NCBI GenBank assembly: GCA_020891255.1
Contig: BQFW01000010.1
Span: forward strand, 1 to 64,000
Direction: 5' to 3'
Length of the DNA stretch: 64,000 nt
DNA from: Entomortierella parvispora E1425
Taxonomy: Eukaryota > Fungi > Mortierellomycota
In this document: piece after piece, positions 33,301 to 45,777 of the stretch
How the letters are laid out: each line of letters begins with the position of its first letter
How positions within the stretch are numbered: the stretch's first letter is position 1
Made by a program: the position numbers and the translations under genes
Notes under the pieces: generated by a model
Database searches by the model: none
Told to the model about the DNA's origin: nothing
What the model saw: only the letters and a program-made list of their open reading frames with translations

Positions 33301-34240
33301 TTGATCTGTGAAGGTTCTGAGCACCTGTCCGGTAGCCGAGTCTCTCAGAATCCCGGACTCCATGTTGCCTGATCGAATCTGCACTCCTGTTGCCTGGCCA
33401 CGAATCGAATGTTCCAGCATCAGTGTGAATCTTTCAACATCAGCAACCAGCGAGGTAGGCAACAGAAGTGTTGAAGGCGCTTTGTAAGGGTCGCATCCTG
33501 GGACAGTTGCAATGTTGACATCACATGCGTTGAGTGGTTGTGAGCGATCCGAATCTGCTTTCAGGGTCTCATTGACAAAGGGTCCGTATTGGGTGATCTG
33601 CGTCCTGGTCGTGATCAGGGCGCCATCAATGCCCGGCTCGTACAAAATATCGTTTTCGCTCCAATAGAGACAGTCGGGGGGAGTTGTTTTGCAATAGTCA
33701 GGGGTCGTAATGCCGTCTGCTGGTGCCTTCAGGGTCACTCTCACAGCACCTGGTGTAGTTTGAAAGTAGGGAACTATTAGAATCAGGATTATCAAGCGAA
33801 GGATCTCGTTTCAGGTAAACAACGAGTACGACAAACTATTGTTACCGTTAATCACATTCTCAGTTTTGAGGTATCGTCGCTGAATGATGATAGATGAAGC
33901 AATGTAGACGAGAATCGTTGCTTGGAAGAGCCTGTACAGTCCTCCCAGCCGGCGACTAAGGGGAGGGAGTTGGGGATGAAAGATCAGTCCCAGTTCGAGG
34001 AGGCCCAAAGCGATAGCACGCTCAAAGATGGACGACTTACTCGCGCACTCTCAACACTTTGAAAGTCTCGTAGCTAATGTAAAAGATTGAGATGTGATGC
34101 AATGAGAATGAATGAATGAATTACGCAATGCGAATGGATCCTGGTAGAATGAACGAATTGAAGAGTTGAATAGTCTGTGCTTTGTACCTGAAAAATCTAT
34201 CTGAGAACGACATGCCTCCTGCTCCACCCGCTGGGGCCAT
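30373..34240 (-). CDS. P2X purinoceptor-like ion channel with very long C-terminal tail (~1160 aa; exons 34240-34188, 34073-34041, 33955-33846, 33749-32936, 32845-30373)
   Basis: Spliced protein has YETFK (YxTxK), TM1 LGGLYRLFQATILVYIASSIII, an ectodomain ending HGVRIVFSQTGQLGQFS, TM2 LLTNLVAAVALFKVANIIVELMML and YKGAK (YxxxK). All four introns are GT-AG and keep the frame. Confidence 0.88.
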
Positions 34241-35523
34241 GGTTAGTGACAAGGAGGGGAAGGAAGGTGGGCTACGGTCCTGCAGTAGTTGTGTTGAGCA
34301 CCGAGGTTGATGGAGGGCAGACGGGGGAGAATGGTGTCGTTGGGAAAGAGGGAAGAAGGCGCCAAGTGCGGAGAAGCGTGTGGAGGCAAATGTAGTGATC
34401 CGGAGGAAAGGGATCGGTGGAGAGGAAGGTGGGGAGCCCAAAGGATGCAGTCAACGAATGACAGAATGAGATAAGGAACAAGCGACAGGTAGCTGGAGAA
34501 ATAGCGACAAGAGAGAAGAGAGAGAAGGAGCGAGAGCAAGAGAGAGCGAGAGAGGGAGAAAGACAGAGGAGAAAAAGAAAGAAAGGAAGAGCTCAACCAC
34601 AAGGAAGCCAGCCGGTGCATCCTTGCTCCAATGTGCATCTGCGCGGTCTGTCGTTCTGGCCATGGTGCATGGTGTGGAGAAAAGTGTCTCTGTCCATCAC
34701 CACAGAGATCCGCCACAGCTGTGGAGGTGTGCCCTGTCCTGCACTGTTCCTCTTCAGTCGCACCAGCATCGACTGGTGTAGTCCACCCCTATTTCTATCT
34801 GTGCCAGCGTCGAACCCTGGTCCATGAATCGAGCTTTTCAGCCGTTAACTGTCCAGACATGTCAAGTAATCCTCAAAAGCTGACGAACATGCCCTGTTGC
34901 ACAACCCAGGGCGACGCCATGAGGTGGGAATAAAAATAACGATTCTAATCCCATTCCGACAAAGGTCACTATTACCAGGTTGTCCCCTCCCTCGCCCTTG
35001 ACCCCTTGGTTTGTATAAGGAGACAAGAAAAGAAGTGCAAGAGAGCACATTAAGATCAAGGAGGAGACAGGAGGAAAGAAGGGGGTATGTTTTCTGTGCT
35101 GTTTCTTACCGGCTCTTTGGACTTGGTTCGATGTCAGCCGCTCCTAGCTGACCCATTCTCCCTGCCTCTCTTTTGCAAGTCGGTTGTCGAGGAAACGCGT
35201 CATGCACGCGACGCTGACAACTTTGACAACATTATCGAAGAATGGCCGCTTGAGGAACGCGGCCCTTTGCCCACTCAAAACAAGATTGGCTCAGGACCAT
35301 CGCGTTCTCAGTGTGCCAAGGAACGAAGCGCAGACCCTGGATGTTGATTCAGTGCCTCCTCGTTCCGTGGACATGCACCTCCGCCGCGCACGACTGCAAG
35401 GTTGCTCAGACAATTTTTTTCATTCACGCGCCAGCCATAGTTGGCTCAATTTTTGTGCTGCTTGCCCGTTCGAGTCATCCGCATCACCAGACCACTGACT
35501 CGCCCAGACAAAAAAGGGATAAT

Positions 35524-35558
<35 letters not shown>

Positions 35559-35670
35559 GTTGCCGAGATGTCATCGACATTTTGGTCGCCCTCTTTTCTC
35601 TTCTCTTTTCGATCCTTCCCATCTTATCTCTCATCACCTTCTCTTCTGGAACAACAGTCAACGATTCAGG

Positions 35671-36507
35671 ATGGTGCAGTACTTCGACTCTATCAGCGAC
35701 GACCTCGCAGAGTGGATCAAGCATCAAAAAATATTCGTCGTTGCAACTGCCCCAGCAAATCTCAAGGGGACTGTCAACACCTCTCCTAAGGGCCATGACA
35801 GTCTGCGAGTTTTGGGACCCAATCAAGTCTGTTACCTGGAACTGTCAGGTAAGCGGATGTTAACTTCAAAGAGTCGGATCGTACTCAGGAATGGACACAA
35901 GCACTTTGATTGACCACCAGTGATTTACACCCACTGAACAGGATCGGGTATCGAGACACAGAGCCATCTAGAGGAAAATGGCAGAATAACAATTATGATG
36001 ATGGCTTTACAGGGTGCGCCTAGGATCCTTCGGCTCATGGGTCGAGGTCGAGTGGTTCGTGTTGACTCTCCAGAGTACAAGGAGTTAATCGCAAAGCACT
36101 ACCAAAACGAAGAGTCTCAACCTCTTGCACAGTCGCCTGGAAGGCGTGGGATCATTGTGATGGACGTGCGAAAAGTTGGAACAAGCTGTGGATACGCTGT
36201 ACCATACTTTGAGTACAAAGGTCCCCGACCAACCCTGATCAACTTTTTCTCCAAGAAGGATGATGATCAAGTGACAGAGTACTGGCGAGTCAAGAATGCC
36301 GTGAGCTTGGATGGTCTTCCAGGGATGCGTCATGAACGTTTGGGACCTGGATGGCTTGGGTCAAACAGAACTGCGTTGACAATTGATGACATTGGGATCC
36401 CAGGGACGGCAAAATGGTCAGAGTGGCTACGACCTCGAATGAAGGATGTGGCGGTGCTGACAACAGGGATCTGCATTGGACTCCTTGCAGCCCGACATCG
36501 ACGATAA
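35671..36507 (+). CDS. Pyridoxamine 5'-phosphate oxidase-like FMN-binding protein (247 aa; exons 35671-35848 and 35942-36507)
   Basis: FVVATAP..G.VNTSPKG, LELSGSGIET.SHL.ENGRITIM, PRILRL.G.G and TSCGYAVP motifs. C-terminal hydrophobic anchor. Confidence 0.88.
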
Positions 36508-36994
36508 AGGAGTTCACGCAGCTGCCCCATCTGGATGGAGCGGTTGCTCTCTTAAGCGGCGACGGGAGAAGCTTTCGTGCAAAACTGTGCGTTGCTCGCA
36601 AACTACACTCGGGGAACCAAAGGTCCAAGAACCCTGTTTGCCCCAAAAATAAAGATCGAGAGCATTTCGGCAGCGATGAGCAGTGAGGCTCTTGTTTGTT
36701 GGTTCGTTGGTGCGACAGACAGGGGTCATTTTACTTGCCGATGATTGTCACCAGTACTGTTGCCGACTGCCGAAGGACTGCAATACGAAGACGCGCTTTC
36801 TGGTGCCACGTTGGTTGTGGCGCAGGACGGACACGTCGGTGAAGGTGGCGGGGCTTCTCTTCTACTACAAGAGGATGGCCCCTCGGCCTGTTCGAGCATC
36901 TCTTTCTTCTCTTCATTAGCCCATTCACTCTTCTCCTCCCCTTCCTACCCTGTCACTCTCATTCATTCTCATTCATTCTCATTCACTTCCAGTC

Positions 36995-38758
36995 ATGCCT
37001 ACAATCACATCACTCCCTTTAGAGAGCTTTCAGCTTATTTGTTCCTTCTGTCCGCTGCATGTCCTCGCTTGTCTACGACTAGTTTCCAAGGACATTCGAG
37101 ACCGTGTCGATGGATCCCTGACTGCCCGACGTGCGCACGCCTCGCCCTCCGCCATCGAAGTCAAGAACAAGCACGATCGCAAGGCCTGCTATGTTTGGGT
37201 GACGCTTAAAGCCCACGGAAAGCCCATCACAGCGGTCTTTGATCGATACGAACCCGAGCACAACTTTCTCGAGTTTGTGCATCTTGCAGAGCCAACAACT
37301 ATTGTTGTCGACAGGGCTGCAAACGCTTTTCCCGAGTCGACCCTTGGGAGACTAGACCTCAATCTTTGGGAGGAGCAGCACGAGGAATTCACTTCTCTTT
37401 CAAAAGGCAAGGGACAACTGCCTCCAACGGACTACAGCAATGCCAGCGGACCAACCCCCAGACGCGCACGTCGGTCAAGCATCACCGATGCAGGAGTCAT
37501 CCGCACTATTGACCACCAAATGGGACAGGAACTCGCTCGACCTGGTCCAATTCCTTCACTTTCTCTGTTCCGACCCGTTCGTGCAGCCATGACAACCTCG
37601 CTTGGATCCTCAGCTGGACCATCAATTGCAATCCCCCCGAATCCCACTATCAACCCCTCGCCTCAAGGCGAAAACTACATGGCGAAGTTTGCACGAATGG
37701 TTCTTGAATCAACAGGAGCTGTTTCGTCTATGACTCACACACATCCTGGAATGTCGGCCGCCGAGCTCGCAGAGGAGGCCCAGAGGTTGTTTCACACCAA
37801 GGAGCCAGAGGTCTTGTCTTCCAAAAAAGAGTACAAGTTTCTACTGAGCGAGGGATCGCATTTCGTGGGCGACAATGACTTTGTGATGCGTTACACCATC
37901 TCCTTTGGTGAACCAGAGACGTTGTCATCCGACGGCGGCCAAAATGGACACCCTACACAAGGAACAGGCATTCCACAGCCGCCCCATCATAGAGTAATAC
38001 TGTTCAAAGTGGACTATGTTCGCGTCTCTTGGAAATGGATCTCATCTGGGGCACTTCCAACCAGGATTATGCCACAGCGTGCAGGAGATCATCTGGCCGA
38101 CTCTCTCGCTGACCCAATGACTGTGGCAGATCCACGACCAGAGCTGCGCACCGGTCGCATCTACTCTGCTCGACTCAATCGCGTCTTGAAGGAGGTGCAA
38201 CAACAACAAGTCAGCGTAAAAGTTCGAGCCGAACTCGCTATGCTCGGTTATGATGCGTCGATTATTCCGCGCGAGTTTATCTCAGTGAACCTACGATCGG
38301 AGACAGTTCTAGAGTGGATCACTCGCGGGAGGAATACAATCGAAGTGCATCAACATGATGAGCGATATTTGTCGACACTTCCTTCAGTCCAAACAAGGAA
38401 GCCATTGTGCGAGGCCGAGGAAAGCGAGGATCCATGGCAGTTTGTGGAATCAGCTTGGTCGATAAAGCAGAAGAGTGTGCTTGCCAACATGCCGCCTATA
38501 TCACCATTTGAACAGGAGAATGAAGGAGATTCGGAGGATCAAGAGGCACTGATGAATATGGTCCTTGGGCTGAAACAAAGCATGGGTCAGCTCACAGGTC
38601 GTGACATCCTGGAGGAGATGCTCATCAACCGAGGTTTCTCTCGAGAATTGATCTGGAAATATGGATTTGCAAGGCGCACTGTTATGGATCCTGTTCCAGA
38701 CAAGGACACAGCCATTCTCCTGCTACAAAAGATCATTACCAGCGAGCAAGCCCGTTAG
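36995..38758 (+). CDS. F-box domain protein (587 aa, single exon)
   Basis: N-terminal ITSLPLESFQLICSFCPLHVLACLRLVSK F-box pattern in a long clean ORF. Confidence 0.8.
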   Translation: MPTITSLPLESFQLICSFCPLHVLACLRLVSKDIRDRVDGSLTARRAHASPSAIEVKNKHDRKACYVWVTLKAHGKPITAVFDRYEPEHNFLEFVHLAEPTTIVVDRAANAFPESTLGRLDLNLWEEQHEEFTSLSKGKGQLPPTDYSNASGPTPRRARRSSITDAGVIRTIDHQMGQELARPGPIPSLSLFRPVRAAMTTSLGSSAGPSIAIPPNPTINPSPQGENYMAKFARMVLESTGAVSSMTHTHPGMSAAELAEEAQRLFHTKEPEVLSSKKEYKFLLSEGSHFVGDNDFVMRYTISFGEPETLSSDGGQNGHPTQGTGIPQPPHHRVILFKVDYVRVSWKWISSGALPTRIMPQRAGDHLADSLADPMTVADPRPELRTGRIYSARLNRVLKEVQQQQVSVKVRAELAMLGYDASIIPREFISVNLRSETVLEWITRGRNTIEVHQHDERYLSTLPSVQTRKPLCEAEESEDPWQFVESAWSIKQKSVLANMPPISPFEQENEGDSEDQEALMNMVLGLKQSMGQLTGRDILEEMLINRGFSRELIWKYGFARRTVMDPVPDKDTAILLLQKIITSEQAR

Positions 38759-38833
38759 AGCAAGAAGTTTTACTAGGCTTTGATGTGGTGTTGTGCCAGA
38801 CTATGCTGTGCACAGGTATAATATCTAGTTTTT

Positions 38834-40497
38834 CTACAGTCTAGCGCGAGGAGTCTCCGCTGTCTCCTTACGGGAGGCCCAGAATCTGTCCAGGAATGTC
38901 GAGATGAGATTGGCTATGGGTGGGAAAGCGATGAGCCCTAGTGATCTTCTCACATCAACCAAAGAAAATAAAAATAAAGATACGTTACCTGTCTTCTCTG
39001 GCTGTTCAAGACTCACGAGATGTCCTGCTCCTTCGACGACGTCCAATGATCCTTTCTGAATAAGAGCCATCTTCGCGTCTACAAGCTCAGAGGGGCTATG
39101 AGGGATAGTTACGTTATGTAAAGAAGAAGGCCCGAGAGTTTGTCAGTGGAAAGTCAGCCTTAAAAACTCACATCTGAATGTGTACTTACTTGATATCAGA
39201 GGTTCCTCCAACAATGAGATGGATGGGGATTTTAACCTTGTCCAGGTTCTCAAAGGCATCGGCGAGGCCGGTTCCGACCATAGCGAACGTAATTGCTTCT
39301 TGGAACTTTGGGCACTTGAGTGTCACTTGAGGAGATCCATCCTTCCCAACCGCATCAACAAGACCATGCTCCTAGAGAGTTATCAAACAATAAAGTTCAA
39401 CATCATGGTCCCTTCGTAGATCCCATTTTCATCATTAAAGAAGCAAGTTATGACATCCTTACAATGTAAATGTCCATAGCTTCCTTGTGCCATGCTTGAA
39501 AGAATGGTTTTTTGAGAAGTTGTGCCTTTGCCTCCTCCCTAAATAACACAATGAACATCGCAAGTAAGTGTTTGGACAAGGGCATATTTTCTTGTGGAGA
39601 CCATTGATACGTTCCAATCAAGTTTACCTGTCCTTCCATGTGTCGCGTCGTCGAAGGGTGATTTGGGCCATAGGATGATCGTCAACAGGAACGCTCATCT
39701 TGATCGCAGCAGGGAACATAGTGGGATCTACAGCCACAATGGCAGAGAAAGTGCCTGGTCTGATGAGTTCTGCCAGGATACTAAAAGGCAAGTTAGGGTT
39801 GATAGATGTTAGTCAGCTCCTAGAGTGCCTACGTATCCTGTTAACATGTCCATGATACTTACAAAGCACTGGCGCCGAAGCTATATGCGTCCGATCCATG
39901 TAGAAGATACTTGATTAGCAACGGCTTGGAGATAGCGTTTTTGCGATGCAGGCTCATCAGGGGCCTAGCAAGATTCCAAAAGAGCTTCTTTACCTGTGGC
40001 CAACGCCGATGGGCTTCTTGAGGCCAAAAGTGTCAACACACTGCAAGATATCCCTGGCGTATGAGTACCAGTCGACTAGAAGAGATAGAGCAGTGGGGAG
40101 CGGGTTTATGATCTCAATTCGATTCCAATTGTCCCATTCGATCGGGGAAAAAGTAAAACATGCATTCAGAAAACGTACAAGTGTTCTCAAGGACATCTTT
40201 GTTAAGAACAGCACTGTCGCCCTGGTTACGACAGTCAAAGGCATACATATCCCCGGTCCCCCATGGTGGTGTCAATCGGGCCATGACGGGCTCCCATATC
40301 TCTTTGTGGAAGCCGTTGGCGTGAGTGAAGAGCAAAGGAGGAGTAGCCTCAGAGAAAGTGCTAGGGAGCGCAGCCGGCGACGAGTCTCCGGGGATACGTT
40401 TGTAGTGGTTGCATGCTAATGAGAAAGAGGGGGTAGATGCACGAATGACATGGGGCACAATGTTGAATCGAGCACGCAATGCGGCGGTGGAGGACAT
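38834..40497 (-). CDS. Alpha/beta hydrolase, multi-exon
   Basis: LLFTHANGFHKEIWEP, YAFDCRNQGDS, nucleophile motif GHSFG formed across an intron, and AGHLVSLEQPEK catalytic-His motif. Confidence 0.88.
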
Positions 40498-41880
40498 TGA
40501 GTAGATGATAATAAAGGATGGATGAGAAGAGAGACGGGAAGGATGGAACGGACTGAAGGAATGGAGGAAGGAAAGGAGTGTAGAGAACAGAAACGCAGCA
40601 GGTCGTCGCTTTAAGATTCGTTTCTCGGGTCCGGATCGAGCGGGCGATGCGGCTCTTTTTTCGATTGGATCGACTGACACGCGCGGCTGCTGGAGGGAGA
40701 AAGAGGGAAAGTGCAACGAACCCCTTCTTCGCCGGCTGAATAGACCCGCTTGGTTCTTTGGCTACCTCTGATCCATTGTCTGATCGTGCGTTTGGCAGGG
40801 CAGAGATGGCGTGCTTGTCAGTTGTGCTTCCCACGGCAGCGCGCAGGCTGAGGTGCAATGTGGCCTGGCATACCCAACTAAACTCAGGTGTTTCGAGTAG
40901 ATCTCAGTGCAAGTTTTGATGGCACGCTTTGCCACCTGCGGCCATGCAGTTTTGCACTTTGATCCGCGATCTTGGGCGCAGTCAAGGATGCAGTTGCCTG
41001 ACCGTTGCGTTACTTGAAGGGTGGGAATGTGGAAATGTGTCTACGCACTTAGATCTAGCGTACCGAATTTGAGAGGCGAAGCTAGAGCAGGCAGATAGCA
41101 GGGAGGGGAGGGTGCAAGAAGATTGGCCGCTCAGCTCTTCTAGTCGCTTCTAGTCGTCAAAGGACTGCATCCCAGATGGGGTCTTGCCTGCTGCAGCAGA
41201 CAGGAGACAGAGACAGATGAACAGGCCGAGTCAAAGAGAAGAAAGATCCGCGGATCGACACGGACCGAAGGGTGTTCCGGGGGAGAGAATAGGAGTAGGA
41301 AAGAGAGAAGGAAGCACGGAAGGAAGGAAGAGAGGCACACAGCCGCTGTACGGTGCGGTCATAATATTGTCATCCTGCCTGTGAGTTTTGGCTGTTTTGA
41401 TCTGGCTGTTTGTTCTGTCCGTTTCATTCTCGACCGGCAGAGAGGAGCAGACAGGAAGGAGACAGGCAGGAACAAGCAGAGAGAGAGGGAGAGAGGCACA
41501 AACAGCAGAGAGGCACAAACAGCAGACATCCAGAACAACCGAACACACATACATATCCCACAAGACAGCCCCGCCCACGTCTGACTGGCCACCAAAATAG
41601 ATTGCAGCATGAACCTTGTCCCTTTTTTTTTGTTCCTTCTCTGTCTTCTCTTTTTCTCTCTGTCCTTGACTTCTCTCCTCCTGTCAACCCTTCGGTCCCC
41701 CTTGTCTGTTCACTTCTCCTCTCTCTTTCTCTCCACCCTGCTCTTCTTTGTCTCTTGCTCTTCCACCCCTACTCGTCTGTCTTTCTCTCTCGCTCTTGCT
41801 CTCTGGGCCCTCTCTCTTCTCATCGCCCACTCTTCTGAACCACCCCATTCAAACTACAAACAGAAAGAACCCCTCTGCAA

Positions 41881-44800
41881 ATGCACGACCTTGAGGCTGA
41901 TGCATCTGCTGCTGATCCGTCTCCCTTGCACCCACCGCTAGGACTCACATCAACGTCTCTGCACCCAGAACCTGACCAGTCCAGTATCCCCTTGAACGAA
42001 GCCAAGGTAACGGATTACAGTTTCATTGCCGTTGGCTCTTCCTCCAGTCATGTGGTCAGTCCACCAACTCATCCCTTTTTTTTTCTTTTTTTTTTTTTTT
42101 TTCTCTTATAGCATGAGGTCGAATCTGCCAGCATGTCCACCGCAACAAGGACAACCTCCGCAACTGCAGATCTAAAAACAGACGCCATCCCTGCTGCTAC
42201 AGTCTCGACAGCGGAAGTGGAGAACTCGATGCTCTTTTACATGGACAACACCCCACGACAGGTTGCTGTTGCAAAGAACAGCGAGCTTGCAGGCGACGAT
42301 GACGACGATGACGACAGTGTGGACTCGGACAGTGAGGACAGTGAGGACAGGGGTCCAGGCACAGCGCGTCATAACGCCCTCACGGACAACAACAACAACA
42401 ACAAGTCTCTCGCGTCGGTAGCTGGAACTGCGATTGAGACCCTAGTGGGATTGGCCATGATTGTTCCAGACACCCTAATCTCACCCAATAATGGTGGTGC
42501 AAGCACAGCAGGGACCATGCAGGATCTTCATCAGGACACCGTTGACTGCGAGTCAGAGGTCGTCTATATGGACGAGGACAGTGTTGGACATAATCATGCT
42601 CCAATGTTGACAACACCCTCACCACAAGAGCCTCTTTTTTCAGGACTTGAAGCTTGCACTACCCCGCTGGACATCAACAATGAGAGCATTTCCGCTCCAC
42701 AGTCAGCAGCAGTGACTTCAACAACAACTGGACCCGTTGCACACGAGGAAGCAACAATAAACAAGCTGGACGCTGACTCAGACACATTGCCGACCGATGT
42801 CAAGGAATCATCCTCTCAGTCTGCGCCATCTTCATCGTCTCTTGGGTCCAAACCCTGTGAGATTGGTGCATCCAAGGATATATTAACAGAGGGGCAAGCA
42901 TTCGCGTATGTTGGCCTCTGTCTTGTTACTGCAAACTCTCTCTTCCAGGCCCTGGAGGGTACAGAGAATGCCCACGCAAAGGAGAGCCTGGAGAGCTTTG
43001 TCTCCAAGCTCATCAACCGCCTCTATCGCCATTTGGATATTGATGCAGCCAGTAAGTATTTCTCGCGATGTGGCCTTGTGGCTATATCTCCCTTTTGCTC
43101 TATCCCGAGGCATGGTCTCCATTTTATATTCCAGTGGATGCTTCCATGGATGTTATTTCAATTTCGCATGTTGTTAATATCATCCTTGAAATCAAAAACA
43201 AGTGCTCTTTATCCTCCCGCTCAATGACCACAACTCAATTTGCTCTTTTTTCAGTACTCGTAATATTGACCATTTTCTAATTGTTCCGTCCATAGCACAA
43301 AAAACGATCGCTCAGCTGCCGATGATGATGATCCAACCAGAGGATTTACTGGAAACCTTTATCGCGGATGGAACTCAGCGTGTTGTTTCCTCACAGCAAG
43401 TGGACCAGGCTGGCCTGTCCATGAGTGGGCCATCCTCACCTGTGGTATCCAGGCATAGTCGACAGTTCTCTGTAACAAGTGTCAGCAGTAGTACCAGCTT
43501 GGGCAACGGTTTACCTAATCGTTCAGTTACCCCAACGCCGGTTTCCAGCAACCTCGTCAAGAGTGATTCTTTCTCTACCCTCACCAATGACCCAGTCAAG
43601 AATAGCAGCATCTCTGCCTCATCTTCCTCCACGACGTCCATCTCCAGCCTTCCCAGAGAGTCCGTGTCCTCCCGAACAAGTGACACATCTTTCAGCAGTA
43701 CTTCCTTGGAGGCAGGCCCTACTGACGGGACGCCAAAAGTTTCTTCAGAAGATATGGCATCTACTGCCACCGACAACAGGTCGACTCTTGTATCCGACTC
43801 ACGATCTCAATCCACTTTTTCACTGGCAAGTCAGAAGGCCATTACGGTAGATCTTCGTTGGACCATGATTGCCGATCTGTTTTTGATTTCCATTTCGGAT
43901 TCAGTCTACGATTCTCGGGCAAGGATCCTGCTCAAGACTGTGGGTCGCCATTTGGGCTTGGAGTGGCAAGAAATTGTTCTGTTCGAAAAGGGCATCATGA
44001 AGCAGCTCCAACAATCGACCACAAGCGATGGACTCCTGAAACCCGATACAAAGTCCAGGAACGACGAGTCAAGGAAACGACGTATGATTATGATGGGGCT
44101 AGCCACGGTCGGGGGTGGACTTGTTCTGGGGCTGTCGGCAGGTCTGTTTGCTCCCGTCATTGGCGCAGGTATCGGTGCTGCCCTAGCAGGTGCCCACATC
44201 ACAGGAGCCACCGCCACAGCGGCCTCGGCATTCTTGGCAGGGAGCGGTGGAATTGCAGTCATCACGAGTGGAGCAGCTGTGACAGGATCTGGATTAGCCA
44301 TGAAGAAGATGGCCCGTCGAACTGCAGGAATAGACACGTTTGAGTTTTTGTCCATCCAAGACAACAAGCGAGTGAACGTCATTTTGACCATTGCTGGTTG
44401 GCTCGATATTGGAGACGAGGACGCGTCGTTGCCGTTCTCCACTCTTGATCCAGTGAATGGTGACCACTTTGCTCTCTTTTGGGAGCCAGAGATGTTGATG
44501 CAGTGTAAGATGTCCCCTCATCCCAGATAGCAGATGCTCCGCCTTATTTCAAACTAACATGTCTTTATCATTTTTTTTAGTGGGAAATGCTCTTGGGTTG
44601 CTGGCGACCGAAGTCATTACTCTGACAGCTCAAGAGATTCTCAAGCATACCCTTTTATCAGCTCTCCTGTCGGCTCTGGCTTGGCCCATGGCCCTCACTC
44701 GACTGGGATATTTGATCGATAATCCATGGAGCATTGCCCTCGATCGCGCCAAACTTGCGGGTCTCGTATTGGCGGACTCGCTTTTGATGAGATCGTATCT

Positions 44801-45587
44801 TGGCTTCCGCCCTGTGACATTGGTAATTGGCGGCACCTGAGTTTGCTAATCCAGATCTGTCTTATTATTGTTCTAATGTCTCCATGATGTTCTACCATAG
44901 GTTGGGTATAGTCTTGGCGCTCGAGTCATCTTTTACTGTTTATTAGAACTCGGAAGACTGGATGCTTTTGGAATTGTCGAGGATGCTTACCTCTTTGGCA
45001 CCCCTGTCACAGCTTCAGAAAGCCAATGGCGGCAGGCAAAAAGTGCCGTTGCTGGTGAATTTGTGAACGGTTACCTTCGAAACGATTGGGTCCTTGGGTT
45101 CCTGTTCCGTGCTACCACTGGAGGATTGGGCACGGTGGCAGGACTTCGACCGATCAAAAACGTGCCAGGATTAGACAACATGGACCTGACAGACCATGTC
45201 GAGGGTCACTTGGACTACCGAGTCAAGATTCCGCTGTTGATGAAGCTGATGGGTCTGAAGGTCACATCCGAGTCGTTCCTGGACAAGGAGGAGGCGATCT
45301 TGTACCAGCGATCGCTGAAGATTAACCCCAGTGAAACTCTCAAGGCACCAAAACCCATGATGCCCTCCAAAGCAGAACTTGCAAACTCTGCGTCACTGAC
45401 AGAAAAGGAAAAGGCGCAACTTGAAGCTGCCTTCCGTAGGCCAGCACCAAAAGCCAAGATACCCGACCTGGACTCATTAACAGGTCTGACCCCAGAAGAG
45501 AAGGCAGCATTGAAGGAGGCGTTGGATGCCGCAGCCGCAGCCAATGGTCCAGGCGGTTCACCCGTAGACACTTGGAATCGGAAATAA
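41881..45587 (+). CDS. TMCO4/DUF726 family protein (yeast Mil1/YFL034W-like), multi-exon
   Basis: DLRWTMIADLFLISI..SVYDSRARILL, MMGLATVGGGLVLGLSAGLFAPVIG, LFWEPEML, VTLVGYSLGARV and VNGYLRNDWVLGFLFR. Long acidic Ser-rich N-terminus. Confidence 0.88.
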
Positions 45588-45641
45588 CGAAATAGCGAGA
45601 ATAGATCGTTAATACATGATATTGTCGTCGTCGTCGCCACC

Positions 45642-45673
<32 letters not shown>

Positions 45674-45777
45674 TGTTTGGGGGGCAGTGCCCTAAATTGA
45701 AGAATGGGGTCGATGGTGCAGCGCTCTTCCCTTTTCGTTCCCTCTTTGCCCTTGCGCCCTTTATTGTTCATTTCCAC

